This document shows positions 1-12,499 of a stretch of 64,000 nucleotides of DNA, in pieces. This stretch comes from Octopus sinensis. Taxonomy: Eukaryota. The notes below the pieces were generated by a model. The model was given only the letters and a program-made list of their open reading frames with translations, had not been told where the DNA came from and did no database searches. Position 1 is the stretch's first letter, and each line of letters starts with the position of its first letter. A program made the position numbers and the translations under genes. The stretch spans positions 50,220,001-50,284,000 of the forward strand of contig NC_042997.1 of NCBI RefSeq assembly GCF_006345805.1, given 5' to 3'.

Positions 1-3000
1 GTATTGTAACCGCCTTGAGATGCCACATTTTCTCAATTTCAATGAGTAGGTCTTTATATTTTCCGAGCTTGTCAAACTCTTTCGCTGAGATATTATGATC
101 ACAGGGGATGCTCATGTCGATCAATAAGCAAACTTTATTGTTTTGGTCTTTCACAACAATATCTGGTTTATTGGCCTCGATGGTTCGGTCTGTATGTACT
201 GGAAAGTCCCACAGAATGGTTACATTTTCTCCTTCAGTTACAGCCTCAGGGTGGTGATTATACCACTTGTCGGCAGTTTTGATATTGTAATGCCGACTTA
301 TTAGCCAGTGTAGATATTGGCCAACTCTGTCATGTCTTAATTTATACTCCACTGGTGCTAAGACTTTACATCCAGAGATTAGGTGGTCCACTGTTTCAAT
401 CATGTCGTTGCAGAATCGGCATTTTGGGTCTGCTCCATTTTTCATTACATTGTCCTAGTAGTTCCGGGTTAATAGGCTTTGATCTTGAGCAGCCAGGATG
501 AAACCTTCGCTCTCTGCTTTTAGCCCTGAGCTCCGTAGCCACTGATGGGTTTGCTTCTGGTCAACATCAGCTTGTTTGCTTGCGGGTCACATATTTGCCG
601 TGCAGAGGTTTCTCCTCCCACCTATCAGCCAATTGCTCGTGCGCTTTCTTCATTGCCATCATTTTCACCTTCTTTGCAACAATAGTTGCCGTACTTCCCT
701 CGGATTGTTCAGTTTGGGTATCCTGCACGAGATCAATAGCAAATTCTTTGCTTTCCTTTATGATAGAATGAAGCTTCTTTCGTCTCTCGTGATTTTCCAC
801 GAGCTTTAGCATCCAGTCATTCGATATTTCGAGATATTTGGCCAGTCCAATTGTGGTTGTTTTGTAAGCTAGTTCAAATTGGATCAGGCCTCGACCTCCT
901 TGGGCTCTGGGAAGGTAAAGGCGATCTACGTCTGCCTTTGGGTGGTGCATCCTATTACAACTCAGCAGCTTGCGTATTTTTCTATCTATATTCTTTACTT
1001 CACTCATATTCCAGTTCAACACATTGTAGCTATAAGTAACAACTGGAACTGCTAAGGAATTTATAGCTAACACCTTGTTACGTGCATTTAGTTCAGATTT
1101 CAGGACTGCACGAACTCTCCTATAACATTCCTTCCTGATCTTCTCTTTCATGCTTGCATGCTGAATACCAGAGCCTTCATTTATCCCCAAATATTTGTAT
1201 GTTTGTTCTTGCTCAAGCTCTCTTATGACTGTGTCAACATCTAACACGAATGAATTTGTGGTCTTCACTTTCCCTTTCTGGAAAGTGGCCTTGGCACACT
1301 TCTCAAGTCCAAACTCCATCCCGATGTCATCGCTGAATGCTTTCACGGTGCGCAATAGGCCTTCAAGTTCATTATTGTCTTTACTATAAAGTTTTAAGTC
1401 ATCCATATAAAATAGATGGCTTATTTTTTTATTGGCAATTTTATACCCATACCCTGTTCTGTTTAATTCACTTGTAAGGGGTATTAGGGCTATGCAGAAT
1501 ATTAAAGGTGAAAGTGAGTCACCTTGAAAAATTCCACAGTTGATGTTTATATTTTCTGAGGCAAGTACTCCATTAGAGTGGTATAATTGGAGATTCGTAT
1601 TCCACAACGACATATTGTGCTTCAGGAAGTTTGAAATCACAGGGAAAATTTTGAAGATGTCCAGCGATCTCAAGATCCATGGATGCGGTATACTGTCGAA
1701 GGCCTTTTTGTAGTCAATCCACGCGGTGCTGAGATTTCTGCGCTTGTTGTGACAGTTCTCAAGGATCATACGATTGATTAGCAGTTGATCTTTGCATCCG
1801 TAAGAGCCTCGGCGGCACCCTTTTTGTTCAATGGGGAAAATATCGTTCTTCTCCATGAATGCATATGTTTTCTCCGCCAGGATAGATGTTAGGATTTTAT
1901 ACGTGGTGGATAGACAGGTTATAGGCCGATAGTTTTTTGGAAGGTTGGTTTCGTTATTCTTTGGGAGTAGGTAAGTAATGCCACTTGCTAACCATTCAGG
2001 TGTTTTCTTTAGGTCTCTCATAATTCCATTAAGCAGCTGAACTAGCTTACCGTGTGCGCATGGGAGCGATGCGAGCCAGAAATTCGGCACCCTATCTTTA
2101 CCGGGGGATTTCCAATTATGGGCCTTCGTGAGTGCCTTTCTTAGGTCTGCTATTGTGATGTCTTCCCATGCTTGTTGTTGTAAATTTTGGTAGGATCCTT
2201 CAGTTTGTATAATCCAGTCTGCATTTATGTTGTACGTCTTCTTGTCACTCCAAATCCTTTTCCAAAAGTTTTGAACTTCTTCCATGGGAGGGGGGTCTTT
2301 AACGGTTACTTTCTCCTTCCCTATTTCTCTGTAGAATTTTTTGGCATTGGATGTGAACAGCTTATTTTGCTTGTAAAACTTGTTTCTCTTCTCAAATCTT
2401 CGTATTCTTTGGGCTTTTGCTTGGACTTTTTGTTTCAGCGTTTCTTTTATTGATATCAGTTCTTCTCTTGGTGAGGATCCACATTTTCTCTTCATCTTTC
2501 TTCCTGTTCTGGATCTTACATCATTTCCACATATTAGTTCATTTAATATTGATATTTCCCCTCTCATAAATTCAATCTCTTTTTCAATTTTACTTCTCAA
2601 GGTTTGATTTCTTCCCAGGTTTTGTTTTCTTTGTTTTTTCGGGGGCATACAGCTGGTTTCAATTGCCCTAGCAGAAGCGTAAATAATTTCATTTAACTCA
2701 GTAAAATCAGGTTTTAATTCTCGTATTATTTCATTTGTTACATAGTTGCCAATTTGGATTTGTTTTTTATTTTGGTTTGTATTTGAGAGTTTATGAAGTG
2801 GTTCTCTATCATTCATACTTGTATGTCTTACAACTTCAAGCGTATTCAGGATTTTCTGCCTCATTTCTGCCATAGACTCTCTGTGTTCTTCAGCAAATGC
2901 GAGATCTTCAGTTACTATTGTTTTTTCGTTTTCCTGGCTATCTTTAACAGGTACAATAGAATTTCTTGTATCTTCAGGCCTTTGCGTACTTTGGTCAGAT

Positions 3001-3544
3001 GGCAGTCTTTCAATTAAGCCTCGTGGCGGGCTATACTGTTCATCTGATTCTTCATTTCCTTTGTGTCTTATATTTATGTCATTTTCCGTTGCGTGCTTGA
3101 TCGCGCTTATTTCACTGTCTGTGAGTCTGTTATTTCTAAGGATATCCCTCCTCACATTTGCTAATTTGTTCTCGTCCAATAGGGCCTACTGTCTTGATTC
3201 CGTGTTCTCCATATACTGTAAGAGTTTGCGGTGTGTCTCTCTTGAGATGGCCTACCTAATGCATAGTAATAAGCGTATATTACTTCTTTATACTCTTCTC
3301 GGGTCCATTTGTTCCGCTTACATTTTTCTTTCTGTGGTGGTTGTGGTGGTGAACTTGGAGGGCTCGAGTTGGGGGATTTCCCGTTCAAGTGACCATCCAT
3401 GTCCGTATTCGGAGAACAGTTTGTGCCAGTTGATGACTTTTCGATCCCAGGCTGGCTCTTCCCTGGGGGACGCGCTTCCAGATTAACCATAGGACAAGCG
3501 ATTTGGTATACTGATTTAGTTTTCCTTTTAGTTTCCAAAAACAT
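1..3544 (-). pseudogene. Disrupted single ORF of the R4/Dong element (RT + zinc knuckle + RLE endonuclease)
   Basis: 870-aa open segment at 567-3179; frameshifts near 3180 and near 575; one in-frame TAG (RNY*DN) near 453-455. Confidence 0.88.
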
Positions 3545-3655
3545 TTTGGTGCTACGATAATGTTATCATTTTGTAGCTTTGATTGGCTCGTGGGGAGACG
3601 GTCATCATTGTCGTTACAATTATAATCGTACCATTATAGCAGCCGTAGTCGGCTT
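1..3655 (-). mobile_element. R4/Dong-clade non-LTR retrotransposon, near full length; 3' end runs off the window start
   Basis: The minus-strand frames join into one polyprotein: N-terminal KRNKWTREEYKEV motif (3161-3544), RT domain (NYRPITCL, WIDYKKAFDS, GIFQGDSLSP, YMDD, YKYLG), then by manual translation of 1-566 a CCHC knuckle (KCRFC..ETVDHLISGC), an RHD motif and a restriction-like endonuclease (KPDIVV..LIDMSIP..K..KY). The 5' end abuts an ATT-type repeat near 3655-3668. Confidence 0.92.
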
Positions 3656-3667
3656 ATTATTGTTATT

Positions 3668-3889
3668 ATCATCACCATTACCATCATCATTATCATCATC
3701 ACCATCACCATCACCACCATCATCATCATCACCATCACCACCATCATCATCAATGATATTGTTTTATGTGTAGTCACAGCAGTATCTTATTATTGTTATT
3801 TTTGTTTTTTTTATCATTATCACCATTACAGTAGTGTCTGTCTGTCTCGTTGGCTGGCTGACTGTCTTCAACACCAGAGTTCTTGCCTG

Positions 3890-3946
<57 letters not shown>

Positions 3947-3970
3947 TATTATTATTATTATTATTATTAT
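3668..3970. repeat. Compound (CAT/CAC)n and (TTA)n microsatellites
   Basis: Seen directly: (ATC/ACC)n at about 3668-3752 and (ATT)n at about 3891-3970. Confidence 0.95.
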
Positions 3971-4338
3971 CCAGTAGTTTTATTTTTTATAGCGTGCTTT
4001 CACTTCACTACCGAGCGCAGCTCTGTGTGCCTTGGGTATGTGCTGTGATTTGTTGTGATGCTCTGATGGTTATTGTATGGAAAGTGTTCTGCGTAGGATG
4101 TGTGCAGTGCCTAGTAGTGCAATTTTCTGTATGTTATGTGTTTGTAAGTCCTGGTGTTTTTTGTTATGTATTTGTCTGAATGTTTTTTTATCATGCCTAA
4201 TGCACCTACTATGATAGGAATTGTTTCTGTTTTTAGATTCCACATTCTGGTTACCTCTATTTCCAGGACTTTGTATTTTGAAAGTTTCTCCATTTCTTTT
4301 AGAGACACGTTGTCATCTGCCGGTATTGATACATCAAT
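3971..4338 (-). mobile_element. 5'-truncated R4/Dong-type LINE 3' fragment (second subfamily) inside (TAA)n
   Basis: Translation IDVSIPADDNVSLKEMEKLSKYKVLEIEVTRMWNLKTETIPIIVGALGMI...QKIALLGTAHILRRTL is an RLE C-terminus, followed by a roughly 110-nt 3'UTR. (TTA)n lies on both sides. Confidence 0.88.
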
Positions 4339-4364
4339 TATTATTATTATTATTATTATTATCA

Positions 4365-4580
4365 AGGCGGTGAGCTGGCAGAATCGTTAGCACGCCAAGC
4401 AAAAATGTTTAGTTGCATTTCGTCCGTCTTTGCATTCTGAGTTCTGAGTTCAAATCCAGCCGAGGTTGACTTTGCCAGTGATTCTTTCGGAGTCGATAAA
4501 ATAAGTACCAGATGATTACTGGGGCTAATATAATCGACTATTCCCTTCCACAAAATTTCATGCCTCGTGCCTATAGTAGA
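4365..4580 (+). mobile_element. SINE family S1 (aggcggcgagctggcagaatcgttag head)
   Basis: Shares head and body with the copies at 46935, 48187, 58553 and 58760. Confidence 0.8.
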
Positions 4581-5240
4581 AAGGATCATTGTCATAATCA
4601 TCATCACCATCAACAACAACCACAACAGGGTCAAAGTGATAATAACAACTACAATATGTTTTGGCATTTACACAAGGTTACCCATTTTTAAGTGAAGACT
4701 ACATCGAGTGAATGAAGAGCACTTCGTATTATGTAGATATTTCAGAGCTCGGACAGATGACAGGTAAATATCAACATAGAAGAAGGTCAAAGCCGGTTTC
4801 TTAGCGAATCAGAACAGAATATAGCGCGTCATATAGCTCAAGCAGTAGGATCACTGTTTTTTATTTTCTAGGAGATTACTTTTGTCATGGAAGAAAAAAG
4901 GCAAAAAACGATAAAAGCATAATACAATGAAAATTATGTTATGCATTGGTAATATTTTCCATCGAGGAAAACTGGTCCAAATTTCACGTGGTGATTATCA
5001 TTGGAAATAACAAATATTCCTCCTACACACAAGTTTGTGACATTTTCAATTTCCTCATTCGGTATGATTTAGTAGAACCTGGTAAGAAGCTAGAAGGAAA
5101 ATAATTTACATTGAAGGCTAAAATATTTTATTTGTATTAGGCGGCATACTTTAAGATATAGCACAAACCACAGTAGCAAAAATATGAATATATACGTACA
5201 CACACACACACACATACGTGTGTGCACATATATGAACATA

Positions 5241-5326
5241 TACGAGGGGTTGTGGGAATAAGTTCCCGGCTTCAGGTAAAAGAAAATACAGGTGGATCAG
5301 TTAATTATGAATTTATTCAATATATT
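5241..5326. mobile_element. Mariner-like terminal remnant
   Basis: Begins TA-CGAGGGG-TTGTGGGAATAAGTTCC, resembling mariner TIRs; no partner TIR found. Confidence 0.45.
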
Positions 5327-5713
5327 CCCGTCTCAGATCTATACACTCGGAATGTTGGGCCTCTAGCCAGGCCTTTCACGACACCTTAAAACCAGAAACC
5401 TTTCAGCACCTCAACCTGCCCCGTATGTATGTGCAAGCGCGCGCGTGTGATCATTGACTCGCCTTCTTAGATAATAACCGTCTTACATTGAAGAGAAACC
5501 TTCCCCCATGACTTTGTCTAAAAGTACGGAAGCCTCATCTGCCCCTAAGAAATTTATTTTACTTATACATAGGACCCTGAAAAGTACTGTCATTCTGGGT
5601 TAGAACAATCTTAGGAGCAATGGTATTTAAGGGGTGACCCCATGCTCCCTACGGCTCAAGGACTCCCGAACTGGTGCCTCACCACCGAATGAAATTTAAG
5701 GTCATGCCCACAA

Positions 5714-6096
5714 TCTCTCTCTATATAAACGGCAGTTTGTCTGTGCGTTTTCTGTGTGTCTGTTTTCTCGTACCCTCACTCTGACCACGGCTTTCAACCG
5801 ATTCTGATGAAACTTGACACACACATAGCCCAATGTCATAATTCAAAACTAACGCAGCGAAAATTTTGAAAAGTTCCCCCAGTTCTGAAAAAAATCGATA
5901 AATTCGACATGGGGTCGAGAATCAGAAACCCAAATCACAGACCGTCTAGGGGACGCAACTCCACCTTTTTTAACTCTCAAAAAAATTTACCATCATTTTT
6001 TTCCCATTTTTTTGCTATTTTTTGGCTATAACTCTCTAAAAATGCTTTATAGTTATTTCCCTTACAAACCTGAGCAACGCCGGGCGATACTGCTAG
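5714..6096 (+). mobile_element. Non-autonomous Helitron
   Basis: 5' TC, subterminal hairpin (cctgagcaacgccggg), 3' CTAG, insertion between A and T; the 3' portion is shared with the units at 29040-30479. Confidence 0.75.
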
Positions 6097-6309
6097 TAAA
6101 TATATATATGTGTGTGTGTGTGTGTGTATGCACACAATTTCAGTCGCTTTGAAATCGCGACTTGTTCCCTGCCAAAATTCCGTGCAGCACTGAATTTTTT
6201 CAGTGAACAAGTCGCGGTTTCAAAGCGATGAAAATATTTTGACAAATTACATTTAAATTTTGAAGTGAATCGAACGGTTTTTGTGTGTTTTTAAATGGCT
6301 TATAAATAC

Positions 6310-7256
6310 CTTTGTTTTTGTTTCAGCACACGATCTCAGATCAGGTCACTTGCTATGCAAGTACATCTCCGTAATATATATGTATATGGTGGTGGCTGTC
6401 TATTCCTTATGCAGAGTCTGATCACCTCTTGTAACTACAGCCTAGAGTTGCAGTTAAGTTCTGATCTTTGTAAATCTTAAAATATCTTTTGAGGCCTCCG
6501 TTAGATTTGCAGATCTTATGGCATACACGGCAATGAAAGGTGCGCACAGATGTAAAGGAAGAGTAGTTGGTGGAGGTTCGTTTCTCATGGGTCTGCAAAT
6601 GAGATTTGAGCCCAGCAAAAGAAATACATGGTCTGTCATTATTCAGTTTTATTTCAATATATATATTCTTCTTTTCTTCTATTCTTTCATTCTTTAAATC
6701 GTTTTTGCCGTACAACTGGGTCATGTCGAAGCACAACCGTGGTTTTGCTGATTTACTCAGGCTGGGTGGGTGGGGAGATTCACGTCACCACTCATGTATA
6801 TATAGGTAATGAAATAACACAAATGAAAATATACGTGAGGTATGCAGGGATATTGCATTTGTAGATCCATATCCTTGCATATCTCACGTCTATTTTCATT
6901 CCTCCACTTCACCCTCTATTTCATATCTTATCTAGAATAACTATTGCTTAACCATTTGAAGGGATATATAAAGTATCCCGAAAACAGATGTAAGACATTC
7001 TATTTATAAATGTTCTAAAATCTTTCACAGCCTTGGACTTTTATCTCATTCTGAATATTCTTTTATATACACACATGCTGATATCTGACCTACGTTGGAC
7101 TCCTCATTCCCATAATCACCGAACCTGGAGCTTAACTATAGTCTGTCCATAGCATTTACTCAGCATCACCCGACACCTTTGGGTCTTATGTCTTATTGAC
7201 ACCATTACCTCTCATAACCTCTCTCTCTCTCTCTCTCTCGTTCCATATATATATAT

Positions 7257-7303
<47 letters not shown>

Positions 7304-7551
7304 CAATTAAGGATAATCTCTTAATAAGGGATCTTAACAAGAAATTATCGGGTAGCTAGCGTGAAAACCTCATAAAAGAAAAGAATTCGAAAATAATTTT
7401 TTTCTTTTGAACAAATTAATTATATCTATATTGTATAGAGGGCATTATTACACATAAATGCCTCACACTAGGAGGGACAAAGTCATTACTTTGTTTTTGT
7501 TTCAGCACACGATCTCAGATCAGGTCACTTGCTATGCAAGTACATCTCCGT
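6310..7551 (+). repeat. 63-bp identical direct repeat pair (6310-6372 and 7489-7551)
   Basis: ctttgtttttgtttcagcacacgatctcagatcaggtcacttgctatgcaagtacatctccgt occurs twice. Confidence 0.9.
6400..6750 (-). mobile_element. RTE-like LINE 3' fragment with C2H2-like knuckles
   Basis: ORF 6422-6736 contains FAGLKSHLQTH and CRVCHKICKSNGGLKRYFKIY, resembling the C-terminal zinc fingers of RTE-type ORFs. Confidence 0.5.
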
Positions 7552-8738
7552 GTTTTTTCCCAAGGTCTGGGGTCTCCCGCCCCTAAGCCCTAGACCATCA
7601 CCTAATCACCCTTAGCCGTCTTGTTGCTTAACAACAAAAACAACAACAACTGCAGCAGCAACAAAAGTTTACTAGGACTATGATTGAGGTGAATATTATA
7701 AGGCAGAGCTGGTAACGGAATTATATTCACAGATTTCTTTCATAGTTGTACTCTTAAAAATTAAACACACTGATAGATGGGCATCGTCATAGATGTATGT
7801 CTTCTATTAGAGATAAACTGCTGAATAACTGCATTCACAACCCACTTTCCACTGTGTTTATTTTGAGGAATGAAACCTGGCACCGGATCTGTTTGTTTTT
7901 TCCCGCCAGCCTACTTTATTCTCAGCAGTGTTCACCGCAGCAAGCAATTATTATAAAGAGTCTACAGCAACGAATATAATATGCATGGTTTCAATTTAAA
8001 TCTAGTTGGATTCGAATTTGTTTTGCTATCTTTCCAGAATCGATGAAATACATAAACCAGAAAGAAAATGTTGTGAATTAGATAGATTACAGATCCTCCT
8101 CTGGCAAGGGTGTATTTGTACTTAGTTGAAATAAATCATTATAAATCAGAGAAACTTTTTAATTTCATTTACAATTTTTGTACGCTACCATTGATTTAGC
8201 TACACTTTTATCGTTCATTCCAAGACCGAGGGCAGCACCATTCCATTTTTACCAGGGTATCCAAGTTTGCTTGAACGAGGCAGTTATTCTTCAACTGAAT
8301 ACGTTGCCTGACCGCTTACGACAGAGTGAACTCTGTTAAAGGCACTCGTGCATAAAGGTGGTGGTGCTTGAGTGCTTTTAGCGGAGTTCACTTTGCTGTA
8401 AACATTGGAGCGAAGTCTTAAGTTTGAGAATAATTTCCTTTTTGCCTTCCATCAGTCTTAAAGACCATGAGAAGAAACAAAGTGACATGCTTATTGTCCC
8501 TATCTCCTTGACCTAGCTATAAAAATTTCCCTGTAGTCTCAGCAAGCATATTGAAGTAAATTATGCTATAAGAACAAACACCTTTAAATAGCCTTGGAAC
8601 ATCTTTCGATCTTTGCATCGTTGACATGCAATTACACATACACACACGCACACACATACACACACGCACACACATACACACACACATCACACACACATAC
8701 ACACACACATCACACACACATACACACACATATGCATG

Positions 8739-8791
<53 letters not shown>

Positions 8792-9077
8792 ACATGTGAA
8801 TGTATGCATATACATATATATATATATAATATATATATATATATTTAATGTAGGATAAAATATTTTTTGAAAAAAAGTTTTAGCAATGGCCAGCATATTA
8901 AAAATACCTTTAAAGGTTAAAATTATAAACAACATATAAATAAGGGCAAACGAAAAAATTTCTAATGCCAAATATGCCGAAAATTGGACATATTGTCCAT
9001 TACCATATAATTTTTCACAATACGTACGCTACTCGAAAAAAACCGACAGAAATTTCTAAAAAATTCCATTATTACCA

Positions 9078-9130
9078 TATCAGATCGATTTCAGAGTTAG
9101 TTCGTAAGAACCCTCCCTTCGTCAGTGATA
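9078..9130 (-). ncRNA. Type I hammerhead ribozyme motif (copy 1 of the 450-bp unit)
   Basis: Minus strand reads tatca CTGACGA agggagggtt cttacg aactaactct GAAA tcga TC tgata: 5-bp stem I, imperfect stem II, minimal stem III with palindromic UCGA, AUC cleavage triplet. Confidence 0.75.
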
Positions 9131-9527
9131 AATGTGGCAAAGAAATAAATGAGATACTCACTCATACCCATGGAAGAAGCAAAACACTAAGTCATGAGCA
9201 CAATTAAGTACTCCAAATACATCCAAAATAGAAACACTCCAGCCCATTCAAAACATAAGTTGTATATATATATATATAATATATATATATATATTTAATG
9301 TAGGATAAAATATTTTTTGAAAAAAAGTTTTAGCAATGGCCAGCATATTAAAAATACCTTTAAAGGTTAAAATTATAAACAACATATAAATAAGGGCAAA
9401 CGAAAAAATTTCTAATGCCAAATATGCCGAAAATTGGACATATTGTCCATTACCATATAATTTTTCACAATACGTACGCTACTCGAAAAAAACCGACAGA
9501 AATTTCTAAAAAATTCCATTATTACCA

Positions 9528-9580
9528 TATCAGATCGATTTCAGAGTTAGTTCGTAAGAACCCTCCCTTCGTCAGTGATA
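9528..9580 (-). ncRNA. Type I hammerhead ribozyme motif (copy 2 of the 450-bp unit)
   Basis: Identical to 9078-9130, shifted by 450. Confidence 0.75.
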
Positions 9581-9709
9581 AATGTGGCAAAGAAATAAAT
9601 GAGATACTCACTCATACCCATGGAAGAAGCAAAACACTAAGTCATGAGCACAATTAAGTACTCCAAATACATCCAAAATAGAAACACTCCAGCCCATTCA
9701 AAACATAAG

Positions 9710-9740
<31 letters not shown>

Positions 9741-10453
9741 TACATACACACACACACACATATATATATATATATTTGTACAAGAGGAGAGTGAAAGAGA
9801 GAGAGTTTATATTAACTCATTAATTCCATCCAGTTAATTGGAATTGCTCTGAATACTAATTCAGAATTAACTAAATAAATGTTGTTGTTCATTCTTAGTT
9901 CTCATGCAGCAGTGCTTATGAATACTTAAGCGAAAACAATTTAGCTAATTCTTTGAGTTAATTTACCAGATGTACAAGTTCAATTTTACTCTTCATTTCA
10001 TATACATACATACACACATACATACATGCATACATACATATGTATATTCTACTTGTCTGTTCTTTCAATCCACTTTCTAATTTTAGACACAATGCTCCAA
10101 CGCAATTTACCCTTTTTCTCTTCAACATGAATATACTAGCATTTATTATCATACTGGCGTGCCGCATTAGCAAAATAGTAAGAGCGTTGGACGAAATGCC
10201 TTACAGTATTTCCTCCCACTTTTTCAGTCATTGGCAACCTGCATCCAGTGATACTTTCTGAATGGTACCCTTTATGAAAAATTACCTTGAAATTATTTAG
10301 TTATGCTGCTAGCTTGATGATGAGCAACATCTCATGCGGCCCACTTTTCGAAAAAGATTATCCATGTCTGCTTTACACATTCTGGACTGAAAGCCCACCA
10401 AAATCAATTTTAGCCTTCATTGTTTTTTCTTGTTTTTGGTCATAAAATAAATT

Positions 10454-10702
10454 TTTAAAAAATGCGCCCTTTTAAAGCCTAACCAGGCTCATGGGTCCGG
10501 TTTCAATGGCGTATGTGTTCCCCAGCTGGACAGGACGCCAATCCATCGCAGCGTTACTCATTTTTGCCAGCTGAGTGAACTGGAGCAACGTGAAATGAAG
10601 TGTTTTGCTCAAGAACACAACGCATCGCCCGGTCCAGGAATCGAAACCACAATCTTACTATCATGATGCTGACACCCTAACCACTAAGCCATGCGCCTCC
10701 AC
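10454..10702 (-). mobile_element. tRNA-derived SINE family S3 with 13-bp TSD
   Basis: A box (TGGCTTAGTGG) and B box (GGTTTCGATTCC) on the minus strand; TSD cataaaataaatt at 10441-10453 and 10703-10715; near-identical to 60370-60619. Confidence 0.85.
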
Positions 10703-11322
10703 CATAAAATAAATTACCAGTCAATTATTGTCGATGATACCGACTAGCTGTTCCCTCTGAAAATTGCTATCCTTGTACCTAAATTAGATACTAATATTAA
10801 TCTATATGCTCTGCAATGATTTAAGTTCGAGGCAGGTTGCGCTCAACACAACTCATAAACTACTTAACTGTAATGTTTTTCCCAGGTACTTCTATGTATT
10901 TCCCAGAATCAATCGTTACTTAGTAATTAATTTGTAATTGTTATACGGAGACTATATATGACTACGAACCAGCAGTGTCATGGTTTGCCTCACTGACGAC
11001 ATATCCCATCAGCAAATGCAACAATGTAAAGTATCGTTAATTGAAAGAAACGCCTAGCTTAATTAGAACCAATTCTATAACATGTAACCCAAACTCGACT
11101 TTATTTTATCTTTATTTGTATGACTCGGCAATACATTTGAGATTTCGACAAGCTAAATTAAGTCATAATTATTTGAACATATATTTACTCACTTAGATTG
11201 CATATTTATACATACATAACAGATAATTATATATTTAAACACACATACTTACATCCATCCATTTAAATATGCACATATATAGAGACACTCGCGCCCACAC
11301 AAACACATACATACTTGCACAC

Positions 11323-11369
<47 letters not shown>

Positions 11370-12379
11370 TATAAGAATGAAAATCACTAATGTTTCTCAC
11401 ATTAAATTTTGAAGTACACAACTTAGAAATGCTTAATTACGAACATGAGAGCAATGCCTCCAGGCAATTCAAATTAAGAGCAAAAACTAAAAGTAATTTT
11501 TGTTTGAAAAGAGATTATCCATCATCAGTTTTCAACAAAATCTGTGTATTCTGCTATTCCTGTTAGAGTCGAAATGATAGAGATATTTTGTGGCCGCCGA
11601 CAAAGACGACTAGTGAGTCACATTTGTGTTGCTTCTTCTTATAGGGATGAAATGCCTATCAAAAAACTATATACATAACCAAAGATAAGGGTTTGCTAGG
11701 CTCTGAAATTATCTACAACACTGAAAATAACTTCATACACAATAGCGATACAGCTGTCTATCGTGCAACAACAATACAAAGGAAATGATAACGCTTCATA
11801 GCAAAATATGCGGTAAAGACGCACATCAATTTCTAAATTAATGCGAATAAAGAGAAACTTTTGTCAAGGAAAAAATTACGATGAATTAGTAGAGGATTGG
11901 CATTGTTAATTTGTCTTTTATAGCAATAACTACGGTTGCACTAATTCAATGGATTTTCTTGGGTGATTGAAAAACCAAGCGGAAAAACTGCCGTTTGAAG
12001 AATTTTGTCTTTGAAGACACGTGTTGTTGCTATGCACATTGATTATGTAAAGGCGACTTGATCTACATTCCAACAAACGATCATGCCACTTGAAGTTAGT
12101 TACTACCATGAAATATAATGAAGTTTTGTATAATTGCTCAGGGAGTGTTTAATGGTAGATGGTTTCAATCGTGAAAATATTTGATACGTTTTGAACATAG
12201 AAGGATGAAAGGCAAGTCGAACCGGTCGCACCTCGAAATTAGAACGGAGAACCATAAACTAATACTGGTAGACATCTAATCTGACTCTAAATGCGGTGGA
12301 GTGGCAGAATTCTTAGAGTGTCCGACATAACAGCTAGCAAAATTTAGTTAAACGCATCTTCATTCTCAGTTAAAATCTC

Positions 12380-12456
12380 GATAATGTCAAAGTTGATACA
12401 CACACACACACACACACACATACACACACACACACACACACACATACACACACACA

Positions 12457-12499
<43 letters not shown>

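Larger units (their letters stand above)
8814..9713. repeat. 450-bp tandem duplication with boundaries in (TA)n
   Basis: The two units look identical, including the interrupted TA tract; duplicate ORFs at 8965 and 9415 are offset by 450. Confidence 0.93.

Noticed and set aside
576-3486. Plus-strand ORFs overlapping the R4/Dong element
   Set aside because: These are antisense shadows of the retrotransposon ORF.
3545-3660. HDV-like ribozyme in the 5'UTR of the R4/Dong element
   Set aside because: A CGT-CTCCCC-ACG P3/L3-like hairpin exists, but I could not form a 7-bp P1 or the P1.1 GG pairing.
8965-9657. Duplicated 80-aa ORFs as a gene pair
   Set aside because: They are only a consequence of the 450-bp duplication, have no recognisable domain, and lie antisense to the HHR.
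10620-10702. tRNA genes at SINE heads (also near 46110-46189 and 60540-60619)
   Set aside because: A and B boxes are present but run directly into SINE bodies with TSDs; no complete cloverleaf with an acceptor stem.
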